Assembly: GCA_951406725.2 (NCBI GenBank)
Contig: OX597825.1
Coordinates: 18,290,001-18,354,000, forward strand
Length of the DNA stretch: 64,000 nucleotides
Direction: 5' to 3'
DNA from: Octopus vulgaris
Lineage: Eukaryota
The notes under the pieces are model-generated. The model ran no database searches and was not told the DNA's origin. It worked only from the letters and a program-made list of their open reading frames with translations. Below, piece after piece: positions 1 through 14,266 of this stretch. The number at the start of each line of letters is the position of its first letter. Position 1 is the first letter of the stretch. A program made the translations under genes and the position numbers.

Positions 1-220
1 TATATTTATGTATGTTTCTTTGCGTCTGTATTTGTCGCACCACCACCGCTTGACAACCGATGTTGGTGTGTTTATGTCCCGGTAACTAGCGGTTCGGTAA
101 AAGAGACAGGTAGAATAAGTGATAGTCTTACAGAGAATATGTCCACAGAAGAAATCCTTTAAGGCGTCGCTCCAGCATGACCGCAGTCAAATGACTGAAA
201 CGTCTTCAAGATTAAAAAAT
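1..220 (+). mobile_element. SINE family A, 3' half (cut by window edge)
   Basis: Shares cgcttgacaaccgat..ggtgtgttta..agcggttcgg..tagaataagt..ctccagcatg..cagtcaaatgactgaaac with the full copies at 36884 and 52998. Confidence 0.8.
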
Positions 221-1380
221 AAGAGAATGTATGTATGTGTGTGTGTGTGTGTGTATATAATTTCGATGTGTTACACTGATCTGTTATGCTAAAATTTATT
301 GCCTCTCCATTCCCAAATCTAATACTATGGTATGTAGAAAAATAAGCATACGTTGGTGAACATAATTCTGGATACACACAGCAATGATATTGTTATGCTT
401 AGAGCACACATGATAATATTTGTTGGCTAAAATATAGTCGAGCAAAATAACATCAATAACTGCTGCGAAATGGCTATTGAACTTTATTGAAAGCTATAAA
501 ATTTGCTTAAGAGCAGTGACTATATTCTGTAATTTTTTCGTTAACTAAAACATTCGAGAGGCAATTGAAACATGTCTAATCTTGAAACACGACCTGAAAA
601 AAATATGACAAACGCCATTTACTTTTCATGAAAAGGCAAGAGTAGACACATATACAGACACACAAAAGCGCGTACACGCACGCTCAGCACACGAGAACAC
701 ACACATATACACAACGTTTCATATATTAATGGATTTAGCTAAACGATAGTTATGTACAAGTAAAGTGAGCCGCCAATAAAATGCATTTGGTCACAGTATA
801 TTCTAGTTCTGGTGATGATTGAAATTGAAGCCAATATTACTACACAAAGAATCTCTAAGATGTGATGTAACTAAACACAAAATGGCGTTTACTCAAACAC
901 TAAGCCTTTGTTTATTTTACTGTATTCGTTCCTTTTACATGCTGCAATAAATTTACCGCCCAGAAGATTTATTATAATGCCTACGGAACCAATCTAACTC
1001 TCTGGTATACAATCGTGTATTATTTGCTTATCCAATAACAGTATTACGCTGTTAGAAACTACACCGATAATTCACTATTCTGTTAATACCGAGGAAAATA
1101 TAACGCTGTTAATTTTTACGTTCAACAGATTCCACGTTGGCATAAGTTAGAAGCATTCCTATTCTTATTCTGTTCTTGCAGCTGCTGCCACTAATGCAGT
1201 TGTCTGCTATAATCTTGTGTCAACGATAACGAAGTAAACCTATGACCAACGAAGCAAACCTATGACTATCCTCTACTATCTTCAAACAGTATATTCGGAA
1301 CCTTTGGAGATGTGCTTGTCTGTCAAGTAATTTGATCTGAGAGCAGGTTGAAACTAAAACAATCAGAGCGCGGAAGGCAC

Positions 1381-1790
1381 ATTCTATTATTCTTTTATTC
1401 TTTTATTTGTTTCAGTCATTTGACTGAGGCCATGCTGGAGCACCGCCTATAATCATCAAATCGACCCCAGGACTTATTCTTTGTAAACCTAGTACTTATT
1501 CTATCAGTTCCTTTTGCCGAACCGCTAAGTTACGGGGACGTAAACACACCAGAGATTTTGGGAGGACAAACACAGATACACAGACACGAACACATATATA
1601 TATATATATACATTTACATATATACGACGGGTTTCTTTCAGTTTCCGTCTACCAAATTCACTCACAAAGCTTTGGTCGGCCCGAGGTTATAGTAGAAGAA
1701 ACTTGCCCAAAGTGCCACGCAGTGGGACTGAACTCGGAGCCATGTGGTTGGTAAGCAAGCTACTTACCACACAGCCACTCCTGCGCCTAT
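1381..1790 (-). mobile_element. SINE family A, full length (tRNA-like head, internal (TA)/(TG) microsatellite, short A-rich tandem tail)
   Basis: Minus strand begins aggcgcaggagtggctgtgtggtaag (A-box-like), then gagttcagtccc (B-box-like); collinear with more than 10 other copies in the window. Confidence 0.9.
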
Positions 1791-2003
1791 GGGCACATAT
1801 TAGCCATTCAAAAAACAAAGCTATTAACTTTACTTAAACGTTTAAAATTTGGTGTTAACTTTTCGTCGCATGAACTGCGATCTGGTCACTGACGCGGATA
1901 CACAGCAACTCGAAACTATCGTCGAGATATCCCCTGCCTTTTTCTTTTCTTTTTTCTGTAGCTTATGCGGCGGATAGCTTCAGAGGTATCTATCTTGTAA
2001 TAA

Positions 2004-2236
2004 AGGCGGCGAGCTGGCAGAATCGTTAGCACGGCCGGCGAAATACTTAGCGGCATTTCGTCTACCGCTACGTTCTGAGTTCAAATTCCGCCGGGGGTCG
2101 ACTTTGCCTTTCATCCTTTCGGGGCCGATTAAATAAGTACCAGTTACGCACTGGGGTCGATATAATCGACTTAATTCGTTTGTCTGTCCTTGTGTATCCT
2201 CTCTGTGTTTAGCCCCTTGTGGGTAGTAAAGAAATA
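2004..2236 (+). mobile_element. SINE family B, full-length monomer with target-site duplication
   Basis: ggcggcgagctggcagaatcgttag head, gagttcaaattcc B-box-like, central gtcgactttgcctttcatcctttcgggg..agtaccag, tail gtaaagaaatag; aggtatctatct flanks both sides (1984-1995, 2236-2247). Confidence 0.9.
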
Positions 2237-2542
2237 GGTATCTATCTAGTATTTCTATACTGTGAACTGTGCTACTTATTTCGAGACAGGAACATCTACC
2301 AAATAGTAATTCTTAATTGGTAGTCGAGGATCGATAGCAATGCACATCAGGAAATAAAGTAAATTGTTCCAGCGGTTGCTAATGACATTACTGGACCACT
2401 CTGTATGATTGGTAGGAGTTACGTACGATCGCTGTGGTTGCATTTTGGCATTCTGTACTCGTTAATTTATTGTTTGCTTAGTAATTTCATTATTGCATGA
2501 TGGTCTAAGGTTTTGACCTCACGATCCCTGGTTCCATCACCA

Positions 2543-2544
<2 letters not shown>

Positions 2545-2597
<53 letters not shown>

Positions 2598-2742
2598 CAT
2601 TATTGGAAGTGAAGGAAGTGCTTTCGTCGAGTAAATGTGTCAAAGATTGTGTTTCCGTGGAAAATATTGTTAGGCTGAATGCAACTATCCTAAGGACATC
2701 TGAGTTATACGGTATCTGTGGTGTACTTCGATATCATTATCA

Positions 2743-2798
<56 letters not shown>

Positions 2799-2801
2799 AA
2801 C

Positions 2802-2854
<53 letters not shown>
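2545..2854. repeat. (TTA)n tracts and an abutting (TTA)n/(TAA)n tract
   Basis: Read directly; repeat orientation flips at 2795/2796. Confidence 0.95.
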
Positions 2855-2855
<1 letters not shown>

Positions 2856-3581
2856 TTTCTAGAAAAAGGTATTTTGCCAAATATTTGGACGACCTTACAT
2901 TTATATGGTGCTCCATAATATGTTAGACATAGCTGCCTCACATCCCTCAAACTGCACACTTCATGCTTAAAAATTGTGGACCCGGAACTTTTAAATGATT
3001 TAGACATAGGTGGCCCTAAAATAATGAAACCACCATGGGTTGAATACTTATCATCAAAAACTTGATCTGTTACGGATGTAGAAAAGGATAAGAAAAATGA
3101 TGGCAACGACCCATTTTTTTTTTCGACCCAATTACGTTCAAATTACTTATTCTAATAATACTTCTTTCAGAACAGGCATGAACGATGCACAGTATTTATT
3201 TCAGATGAATTCCTTAATATGATATATGAACATCGCTAACATGAATATATCTTTTGTTGTGGTCAGTTTCCTTTCTCGTTGCTTTCTTTAATTGTTTCTT
3301 TTTATATTCTTTTCCTTCCTTTGATATTATCACGCGTTAAAACGTTGATTAAAGAAGGGTGAAATCACAATATCAAAGCTTCTGCAAGACTAGATATGTT
3401 AATATGTTGACAATCCAGGTGAAAAAAAAAATTGCATGAAGATCCACTAAAGATATTGATATTGCTTTTTCTTTTTTGTTTTGTTTTTTTCTTCGTAGAA
3501 TAGGGCAAGGCAAAGATAAAGTTCAGTTATAGTTGTCGAACCTTGTTGCCAACCGTCGATAGTTCAAAACTACGCCATTTA

Positions 3582-3681
3582 NNNNNNNNNNNNNNNNNNN
3601 NNNNNNNNNNNNNNNNNNNNNNNNNNNNNNNNNNNNNNNNNNNNNNNNNNNNNNNNNNNNNNNNNNNNNNNNNNNNNNNNN
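3582..3681. other. Assembly gap (100 N)
   Basis: Run of exactly 100 N, a typical scaffold spacer. Confidence 0.99.
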
Positions 3682-4006
3682 TGCGGTTCTCCGTCGGTCA
3701 CGACGAGGAGGACACCAGTTCAACCGATCAACTCAACAACCCACTCGGGAATTTAGCGCGGAGGTGGATGAGTACTTCACACATATACACGTACACTTAA
3801 CTTAGTTCTCAGGGAGATTTTTGTGACGTATTATGTCACAACGCTGGCTTTTTGAAGTAGAGTTACTACTCATTTTTGCCAGCTGAGTGGACTGGCGCAA
3901 CATGAAATAAAGTGTCTTGCTCAAGGAAACGGCGCACCGCCGGGAATTGATCTCACGACCTTACGAATTGAGCAGTATACTCTAGCCACTATGCTAAGCG
4001 CCTTCA
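3682..4006 (-). mobile_element. SINE family C (tRNA head plus CORE-like block), truncated by the gap
   Basis: Minus strand gaaggcgcttagcatagtggctagag..caattcccggcggtgcgccgtttccttgagcaagacactttatttcatgttgcgccagtccactcagctggcaaaaatgagta matches 14011-14160. Confidence 0.8.
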
Positions 4007-4089
4007 ATGAATACATAAATTCAAACACACACACACACAGTCACACATACACGTATGTATGTATGTGTGTATGTATGTATATATATATG

Positions 4090-4278
4090 TAGGGAGAGTT
4101 TACGAAAAAAAACAAATGACGAAGACAGGTGGGGTACAAAACAAACAGATGTATTAGTATAACGCTCAGGAATAGAAAAAGTCTTTTACGTTTCGAGCCT
4201 ACGCTCTTCTACAGAAAGTGACACAGAAAATAACAAGGAGAGAAAAAATGTGTGTAGTGGCTAACGATCTATCATGGC
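4090..4278 (-). mobile_element. Family D short non-autonomous repeat (Penelope pLTR-like) inside a (TATG)n microsatellite
   Basis: ~190-bp unit repeated at 15851, 32567, 52381 and 56687; carries a hammerhead-like motif; microsatellite on both flanks. Confidence 0.75.
4183..4218 (-). ncRNA. Minimal type I hammerhead-like motif, non-canonical core (family D copy 1)
   Basis: CTTT-CTGTAGA-A-GAGC(GTAG)GCTC-GAAAC-GTA-AAAG. Confidence 0.55.
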
Positions 4279-4370
4279 GTCTGTATGTATGTATATATGA
4301 TATGTATGTATGTGTGTATGTATGTATGCATGTATGTATGTATGTATTTGTGTGTGTGTGTATGTATATT

Positions 4371-4402
<32 letters not shown>

Positions 4403-4767
4403 TGTATGGTTCGGGAAAAATGTCCTTAGGTGTATATTCATCATACTGAATATCTATATTGAAACGGTAATATCTGATGTGTAAAATATAGTGAATTATA
4501 AATTGACTGTAAGGCACGAGATACTTCAAGCAGATAGAACGGAAAGTTCATTTGGAGCTTGTTTAAAATCTAAACACACATTGAACATACATAAACATAT
4601 ACAAGCCTACATACATATATACATACATACATACATACATATATATATAAGCACACATACATACATAAACACATTAATACATACATACACACGTACGCAC
4701 ATATATATATATATATATATATACATATACATACCTACATACATACATTCAACAGAAGAAGGATAAA

Positions 4768-4880
4768 AGAAGAAGAAGAAGAAGAAGAAGAAGAAGAAGA
4801 AGAAGAAGAAGAAGAAGAAGAAGAAGAAGAAGAAGAACAACAACAACAACAACAACAACAACAATCACAACAACAACAAG
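4768..4880 (+). repeat. Compound (GAA)n(CAA)n microsatellite
   Basis: Read directly. Confidence 0.95.
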
Positions 4881-5514
4881 AAACTGATAATGTATTGGAT
4901 TTTGTTACGAATATAAATAATGATGCCAAATAGTAGTTCTCAATATTCCCCATGGTGCATGCTACTATGGTAGGGCCTCATTTAGAAGCACTCTTTTTGT
5001 GCTAATGTATGCAGACAACTATTCAAATATATTTCTATGTTATTTGCCTATTTTCTAATATAGAATTATTCTACACATTATGAAGTTGTTAAGTGTGAAT
5101 GAGTGAATATGTCAGCTCTGATATAGTCGTCGTTCTGATAGGCAAACCATCCGAGTCTCCATGAAATCATATTATAAACTCCTTTGATTCAGATTTGTTA
5201 CATTGTTCAGAAAATTTTTTTTTTAATGGGATGATCTCAGATACAAATCATTTGACATTTGGTCCACTCAGGACTTATCCTGGTCCAAACAACAACAACA
5301 ACAACAACTAATGTCTGAAACCTGTATGAGTAATGATTCTAAAAGGTGACAATTGCCTTAAAAGTGCATCTATATTCGAGGAGTTAATGAAGGAAGCAAA
5401 TTCACACGGATTGTCTTTGAGCAGCAATCTAATTTCTTTAAAACATGTTCAAACTCTATAAAAAATGCTGGCGGAATTGGACAATTTGGTAGTAGGAATA
5501 TTGGCTTAAAATTT

Positions 5515-5908
5515 TGGCACAAGACCAGCAACTCTCTCAATCCCAGTACTCAACTGATACTTATTTTATCAAACTCGAATGAATGAAAGTTAAAGTTACC
5601 TTCGGCAGAATTTGAACTTAGAATGTAAAGACGAACGAAATACTGCTAAGCATTTTGCTCAGCATGCTAACAGTTCTTGTTTCTTTACTGCCCACAAGGG
5701 GCTATCCACAGAGGGGACAAACAAGGACAGACAAACGGATTTAGTCGATTATATCGGCCCCAGTGCGTAACTGGTACTTATTTAATCAACCCCGGAAGGA
5801 TGAAAGGCAAAGTTGACCTCTTAGGAATTTGAACTCAGAACGTAACGACAGACGAAATACGGCTACGCGTTACGCCCGACGTGCTAACGTTTCTGCCAGT
5901 TCACTGCT
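5515..5908 (-). mobile_element. SINE family B tandem dimer (younger unit joined to an older unit)
   Basis: Two consecutive B bodies with a junction near 5677. Confidence 0.8.
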
Positions 5909-7259
5909 TTAATCGTAGCAATGTTGTGAAGAGAATTAATGAGAAAATGGTGTATCTTCGAAGAGGTTTGGCCATATGTTTATTTGAACAAAGCTAACCT
6001 GAGGCTAATCAACAAATGAACAACAATAACAATAAAGTGTGATTAAGCGATTCAGAAGCAAGTTCAAGTTATGCGAAAAGAAAATAACTGAAACCCACTT
6101 TATAGTCTATTGGTATTACGAAAGAATATATTGTTCGATGCAATCTTCGCAGTAACGTATTCGGTTATTCTTTTTTAATATATACCGTTGCAGGCCAGAA
6201 TAATCCCACACTAATTTATTTTAGCTCTACGTTAAATGCAGAAAACCAACGGGATCTTACTCGTAATCAAGACTAACAAAATTTGGAACATTTCAGAAAA
6301 GTAAGAACTATTTTGTATTAAAAAACAAGATGATCTATTTGACAGTCGCAGACTTACACTTTTGATAAGAAGCAATGCCTGTTATCAGAATTCAGCTGCT
6401 GTCTTTCGCTTAGGCTACAAGCATCTATTATAGTGCATGTGTTACGATGTTGGTACATTTATGTGTGTGTATATGTGTGTAAATGTATATAAGATTTTTA
6501 TGTATATGTATATAATATATATATATATATATATATAATGTATATAAAGCGTGTGTGTGCGTATGTGTGTTTATAAAGCAATACATATAGATATTGATAT
6601 AAAAGTTGGCACACTGGCAGAATCACAAGAGCATCACAAAATATTTAGCGGCGTTTCTTCCGGTGCTTTACGTATATATCTTATGTTTGGGGTCAAAAAA
6701 TTGCTGAATATATTACTACTAATATTTTAGCCGGCAGGAAACTTAACAAGTAGGGAATTTCCAATCAATAAATATGACTGATAAAGAAAAAAAAGGTAAT
6801 ATATATTAATGTAAAAAGAAGTGAGATTGAACGAATGATAACAACAAAATAAATGTGGAAGAGAAGACAGAAGAAAGAAGAGAATAGTTCAAGAAATGTC
6901 AAGAAACGGAAAGAAGAGGGAAACAGCAATTATAAAATTCAAGGTTAAAGTGCACAAAAGTGGGAGAATTGGTTTAGTATCCTCCAAGAAGGAAACGTGT
7001 CATTATTTTACGAATATTACGGTCTAATTTGCAGCTATACCGTGGTCAGCTTTGTTTTTATCACTCCAGGTTCTGTAAATAAAGTACCACTTGGTTTCTG
7101 AAATGGAGGTTATCGATTCTGTCGCCCTCAAATATGCCGCCTTGTGCAAATAGTCACTAATCAATAAAAAGGCTTCATTGATATAGCTGTGGCGAGAATA
7201 CAATGTGTAATAATTCATCGTGATTTTAAGCACAATGCGAGCACTTCCAAGGTGAAGTG

Positions 7260-8015
<756 letters not shown>

Positions 8016-8445
8016 CACATTTTAAAATAGAATGAATAATAACAAAGATATAATCATAACACAGGTCTTTGATTTGAACATCCGGGGGCGTGTTGAGAAA
8101 ATGCTTCGGACTATACTATTTAGTAGCTTCTCGGATATATTGAGTTAAAATTCCATCAATATCACCACCTTCTGATAAGGGACGCGACCTGTTAATGATG
8201 TGGGTACAACGACTTTCTTTTGGTTCTAAATTCATGAAAATGAAGCAAATTATCAAACAGAATATTTCGCAGGATCATTAGCAAGCCGGACAAAATTACT
8301 AGCGGCCATCCTCCACGTACTTTAGGCCTTGTGCCTAAAGAATTCTTCTTTTTCTTCTTCTTCTTCTTCTTCTTCTTCTTATTATTATTATTATTATTAT
8401 TATGATGATGATGATGATGATGATGATGATAATGATTATTATTAT

Positions 8446-9010
8446 TTTGTCTTTATCAAATGTTTTGTTGGAGCTCTTGGAGTCTTGCATGCGAAGCGAG
8501 CTTTCTGGTTGCCATGCTATTCGTTCTATTCAGCTTATTCTGGCCATACCAAAAGGGCAAACCTTCTGTAACAGTTATACTGGGCACTCTATTCCTATTT
8601 CCTTTATATTCCTCTTGATGACATCTGATGTTGTTCCCAAGGACCCAACAATAATTGGAACTGTCTTCACCAACTTTTTGTTCCATAGTAGGGTTATTTT
8701 GTCCTTAAGAAGGTTGTATCAATCTATCATTTCCCTTTCCTTGTTGACTATTCGTGAGCCAAAGGGGTACGCAACGTCAACTACATAGCATATGTGATAC
8801 GTGGTTCACCTTGTGCACCACCGCTAGGTCCGATCGAAACTGCTCTAGCACCTGATCTGTCTCTATTGGGAAATCGGAGGGGATTTTGCTAGTCTCCAAT
8901 TGTGTCCTTCTCTGCGGTTTGTGCTCATACCAAGGCTTGCCTCTCTTTCTAGCCCCCACTTTTCTCACAGTTTCCAATGTAGCACTCTCGCTACTTGGCC
9001 ATGTCACATC
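8446..9010 (-). pseudogene. Decayed 3' end of an R4/Dong-clade non-LTR retrotransposon (restriction-like endonuclease domain plus 3' UTR)
   Basis: Minus-strand translation across one frameshift and stops: WYEHKPQ..ETSKIPSDFPIETDQVLEQFRSDLAVVHK..ICYVVDVAYPFGSRIVNKEREMID*Y..LLW..VKTVPIIVGSLG..LLQKVCPFGMARI; fits the family pattern KILWDFPIQTD..RPDI..IDVA.P..KE.EK..KY..VPIIIGALG..LQKA; 3' end runs into (TAA)n. Confidence 0.85.
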
Positions 9011-9092
9011 AACCTCTAGTGGCTTCAGGCAATTCTAGGGCATTCGTTCGTGACCTGAGAAAAGATTTCATAGACTCTATTGCAGATGGAGC

Positions 9093-9185
9093 ATGGTGGT
9101 AGTAGTAATAGTAGTAGTAGTAGTGGTGGTGGTGGTGGTAGTGGTGTTGGTGATGGTGGTGGTGGTGGTAGTAGTAGTAGTAGCT

Positions 9186-9256
<71 letters not shown>
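9093..9256. repeat. (GTA)n/(GTG)n compound microsatellite
   Basis: Read directly. Confidence 0.95.
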
Positions 9257-9832
9257 TGAACAAGAATAAAAAAAAAGAAAAATTATAAGGAAAAGAAGAA
9301 AACTAATTAAAAAGAAATTTAAAATATAATTTAATATCAAACGAAAATATTGGAGAAAACTAAAGAAGAATGGTGTGACAAGAAAAAAGAAAATTTAGAG
9401 AAAAAGAGAAATTTTGAAAGACAAAAACAATAGAGCAATGAAAGTGATAAAAAATAAATGTGAAAGAGAAAGTGAAACTATGTTGTAAATTTCAGGAAAG
9501 GTTCATAGAAATGTGTTAAGACAATAGATAGAATTATCAAATTAGGAGTATAGAGCAAGGAAAATTGTCTGAAAGAACCAATAAATAGGAGACCGGTGCA
9601 AGAAATTAATTATCTTGCTGTATAAATGTCTAGCCAGTTTAATTAACTCTTCGAATGAGGATAATCACTTGTCAAGTGCTAAGTAGAAGACTATGATTGC
9701 TCATATGAATATACATACACTCGCACTTATACATATACACACACACAACACATACATACATATATATATATATATATAAGTGTGAGTGTATTTATATACA
9801 TACACTCACACTTATACATATACACACACACA

Positions 9833-9880
<48 letters not shown>

Positions 9881-9914
9881 GTGTGTGTTTATATATATAT
9901 ATATCTACGTGTGT

Positions 9915-9962
<48 letters not shown>

Positions 9963-10574
9963 ATATGTATATATGTAAATGTGATACATATATTACATAT
10001 ATATATGTGTGTTTTTGTGAGCTTTTGCGTGTGTATATGTGTGCGTGTGTGTGTTTGTAAACAGACGGTATCAGAAATTCTTGGACATGACCCACACTAA
10101 GAACATCCGTACTTCAGCTAATAATATATGTAATATATTATTTTCAAGCAATATTCCGTTTTCATGAGTCTATGGTATACGTGAAACAAAAGCCCCTGAA
10201 GCCTTTGCAAATAAGTCCTTCGTCTTAGGATATGATCTGTCGTATTGTTATAATGCATGGGCAATATAATAAGTTGACAGCAAAGCTTCAATGTGTGTCG
10301 TTGGTCACATGAACACTTATCAAACAGACGTTCTAGTATACTTAAAATACACATACGGCAGAAAATAATGCATTCTACTTAAACTTTTGCCAAACGCATG
10401 ATGAGGCATTTATATCTCAGGTGCTTATTTCTTGAGTAACCTGTAAAATGTTATGCCGAATGTTTGTATAGTTTTGACTGCAATCACCAAAATTGTAGAC
10501 ATTGCGAAAGTAATATATTATGAAAAATCACTCAGAGAACAATTGAATAAGAATGTATGGAACAAAGATTACCG

Positions 10575-10981
10575 TGGGTGTGTGGTAAGTAGCTTGCTTA
10601 CCAACCACATGGTTCCGGGTTCGGTACCATTGCGTGACATCTTGGGCAAGTGTCTTTTACTATAGCCTCGGGCCGACCAAAGTCTTGTGTGTGGATTTGG
10701 TAGACGGAAACTGAAAGAAGCGCGTCGTATTATATATGTATATATGTGTGTGTGTGTGTGTGAATGTTTGTATGCCTGTGTTTGTCCCCCTAGCATTGCT
10801 TGACAACCGATGCTGGTGTTGTTTATGTTCCCCGTAACTTAGCGGTTTAGACAAAATAAACCGATAGAATAAGTACTGAGCTTACAAATAATGAGTCCCG
10901 GGGTCAATTTGCTCGACTAAAGGCGGTGCTCCAGCATGATCACAGTCAAATGAATGAAACAAGTAAAAGAGTAAAAGAGTA
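10575..10981 (+). mobile_element. SINE family A, near full length
   Basis: Collinear with the other A copies; tail gtaaaagagtaaaagag. Confidence 0.9.
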
Positions 10982-11156
10982 TAGATCAGGCTCTGTTGTT
11001 AGTCTACTGTTGATCGTCAAATGTGAATGGCGTTCTCTCGTAACAAAGAAAACCAAACCGTTTTGAAAACACTTCCATGCACACATTCATATACACGCAC
11101 GGACGCGCACACTCACACAAACAAACATACACACAAATGTATATATGTATACATTA

Positions 11157-11385
11157 GGGCGGCGAGCTGGCAGAAACGTTAGCACGCCGGGCGAAATGCG
11201 TAGCCGTATTTCGTCTGCTGTTACGTTCTGAGTTCAAATTCCACCGAGGTCGACTTTGCCTTTCATCCTTTCGGGGTCGATAAATAAAGTACCAGTTATG
11301 CACTGGGGTCGATGTAATCGACTTAATCCATTCGTCTGTCTCGTTCGTCCCCTCTGTGTTTAGCCCCTTGTGGGTAGTAAAGAAA
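11157..11385 (+). mobile_element. SINE family B, full-length monomer
   Basis: Collinear with 2004-2236. Confidence 0.9.
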
Positions 11386-12321
11386 TTTATATATGTATAC
11401 ACCGTAAAGTCAGGAGATGTGTGAAGTGAAGGCAGATTTATTTTTCCCACACAATATAAGTATGTTGCTGTGTGTGAAAGCAGTGTGCATATTTGGATTA
11501 CACACAGCTATGGCTGTATGGACAACGAAAATATGCAATGCACAATAACATTCTTCGGGCAGAAGTTGTTGAGGGAGTACACGACATATTTAATTGGAAC
11601 TATAAAAGGTTGGCTATGATATGTACAAGTCAAGTACTGAATTCACTTCAATCAACTACACACCTAACAAGAATAAATTCGCTTGAAACACTTATAATGA
11701 AGTTAGACAACGGCAAAACACTCACCATGCTAAATAAATGGATGAATAAATTATATTTCCTTGAGAAAATATTATTTTACATTGCACTTTCTGCACATGT
11801 TTTACATATAGTCACCGACATATTTGTGATATTTTTTTTTAAAGATACAATTAACATCATTTCTAAAGTGTTTTGTTCTCTTCCTTCTCTTATTGAAATT
11901 TCTATTTCCTGATAAAATATCCTATGTATTTAAGTTTCACATGTTCAACAATTTTTCAGCAATCTTGAGAAAAAGTTTCCATCTGTCACGCATAATTTCG
12001 ATCAAACTCAAAATTTTCAAATTGTTTTGAATAATACGTACACTTATCTACACATACAGCCCCCATACGTTGGTTCAAAATACATACATTATATGGTGAC
12101 ATTCACTATTCTTACATGCACACACATACACACACACGCACACATACACACACACGCACACATACACACAGAAGAATATATTCATAAATAACAATACACA
12201 TACATACATACACGCTATATTCATGCATGTGTAATTTAGTCATTTTCATCTACTGCTTTAATACATATGTATATAACTATACTCATAGAGGTAATAGACA
12301 TGTGCATATATGTGTGTGCAC

Positions 12322-12445
12322 TATTTTACTCTTCTACTTGTTTCAGTCATTTGACTGTGGCCATGCTGGAGCACCGACTAGTCGAGCAAATCGACCCCAG
12401 AATTTATTCTTTGTAAGCCTAGTACTTATTCTATAGATCTCTTGC
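12322..12445 (-). mobile_element. SINE family A 3' fragment
   Basis: gtttcagtcatttgactgtggccatgctggagcaccg..gtaagcctagtacttattctat. Confidence 0.8.
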
Positions 12446-12477
12446 ACCGGTGTCTTCAGTCATTTATCAAGTCACAA

Positions 12478-12516
<39 letters not shown>

Positions 12517-12671
12517 CATTAAGACACTGACCTTGCAGAATTGTTGGCAAGCCGGGCAGACTGCTTAGCGGCTTTTTGTCCTGAATTCATTTTTGTTGAT
12601 CACTAAGGTCGATGTAATGGACTTAATTCCACCTCCGAACTTGCTGGCCGTATGACAAAATTTGATACCAT

Positions 12672-12703
<32 letters not shown>

Positions 12704-14010
12704 TTTGCCTAAAGTTCTTTATTCATAAATAAGGTAGGTAAGAACCTGCTGAACTTAATCGGTCCTGATAGAGAGCAACGTGAGAGAGTACTTCATTGTT
12801 GACAGGCTGTAAAAGCCACAACTTAATTGCGTTGTACGTACATCTAATTATGACTATAATAATTTGTTGCACTCGGATAAGAATATTTTTCGTTAATACT
12901 GAAAGCAATCATCTAAATCCTCCTCAAGGATTAAGCTGCCATACACTCTGCTATTATTCTGTACCTTAAATTGATTTTTATTATTATTGAATAAAGAAAA
13001 TGTATCTTAGTTCCTTCTGTAAATTTGCGAGGCTAAAAGACTTTTTTAGAAACTAAAATTGTTTCCTTTCGAATAAGCACATAATCTTATAATTTTTCCG
13101 AGGGGGAAATTTCAAAGCTGCTTATTTTAAGATTTTGTAAAAGACCTTGTAATGTTCCTTGGAGGGAAAATATATTTGTGTCAGCTGGGAATCAAAAATA
13201 GTTTGCAGATTTCTTGCGCTGAAAACTTAACTCTTTTATCGTTTGATATTCAAGTAAGGTATTATTGGTATATAAAAACAAAAGCACGAAAAACACATAA
13301 ATATGCTAAAATGAGTATAATATATTTTGCTTAAGAAATAGCTAGTGATTTATTTTACACGATAGTGCAAGTCTTGGTAAGTCTAAACACGGATTTCACT
13401 CTCACATGTGAAAACCAACAATTCACTTTTATCGGAGGTAATCACGTTTGCAAATTCCTTAGATGAAATTATTTGAACATGTAAGCTAAGAAAGGAGCCT
13501 TTACATCATTCATAAATTAACTAAACATAGAAAATTTTCTCTGACTTCACACACTACCGTCTAAAAAAAGTCAAGGATATTTTCGATAATTTCCTCATCG
13601 ACACACTATTCCTGAATAAAAATTGAGTGTTTGTGATGTAGATTAGCTTTGTTCAACGTTTCCTCCAGTCGGCGATTATCTAGGATTAAACAACAATATT
13701 CAACAATGTGTATAAAATAATCTTGTTAGTATTTACTATTAGAATAAAAGTAAAAAAAAAAAAAGAAATGTATCTAATTTCTTCTTTACAAGTTTAACTA
13801 AAATAGGTAAAAAGTATGGATGGCACAAAGGTTTCAACCTTGGCCTTATTCAGGTGCTTCGGCGTGAAGATCTCGCAGATCTGTTTACCGATAGCACTAA
13901 CTTATTGGTAAATATATTTCAGGAAAATAATAGCAATATGCTTCACAGAGAAATGTCTTTTATTGATTCAGCCTTGGTGAACCATTAATTGACAAATGTA
14001 TATTATTTTT

Positions 14011-14266
14011 GTGGAGGCGCGTGGCTTAGTGGTTAGGGTGTCAGCATCATGATCGTAAGATTATGGTTTCGATTCCTGGACCGGGCGGTGCGTTGTGTTC
14101 TTGAGCAAAACAGTTCATTTCACGTTGCTCCAGTCCACTCAGCTGGCAAAAATGAGTAACGCTGCGATGGACTGGCGTCACATCCAACTGGAGAGCACAT
14201 ACGCCATAGAAACCGGGAAACCGGGCCAATGAGCCTGGCTAGGCTTTAAAAGGGCGTAAGAGAAGA
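14011..14266 (+). mobile_element. SINE family C, full length with TSD
   Basis: ggaggcgcgtggcttagtggttag A-box, gtttcgattcc B-box, ttgtgttcttgagcaaaac CORE-like block; tatattattt at 13999-14008 and 14267-14276. Confidence 0.85.

Noticed and set aside
1885-1930. CTGACGC..GAAAC-TATC-GTC hammerhead-like string
   Set aside because: A9 is missing, no helix I adjoins the core and helix III is not palindromic
2856-3112. Higher-complexity segment with long reading frames on both strands
   Set aside because: Internal stops on the plus strand and no recognisable family; cannot be assigned without a search
11493-11912. 139-aa non-repetitive ORF
   Set aside because: TTG start and no recognisable domain; may be a DNA-transposon end but no TIR pair was found
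14011-14085. tRNA-like sequences at SINE heads (also 33353 and 23795)
   Set aside because: A and B boxes are present, but there is no complete cloverleaf or acceptor stem and they continue into SINE bodies with TSDs
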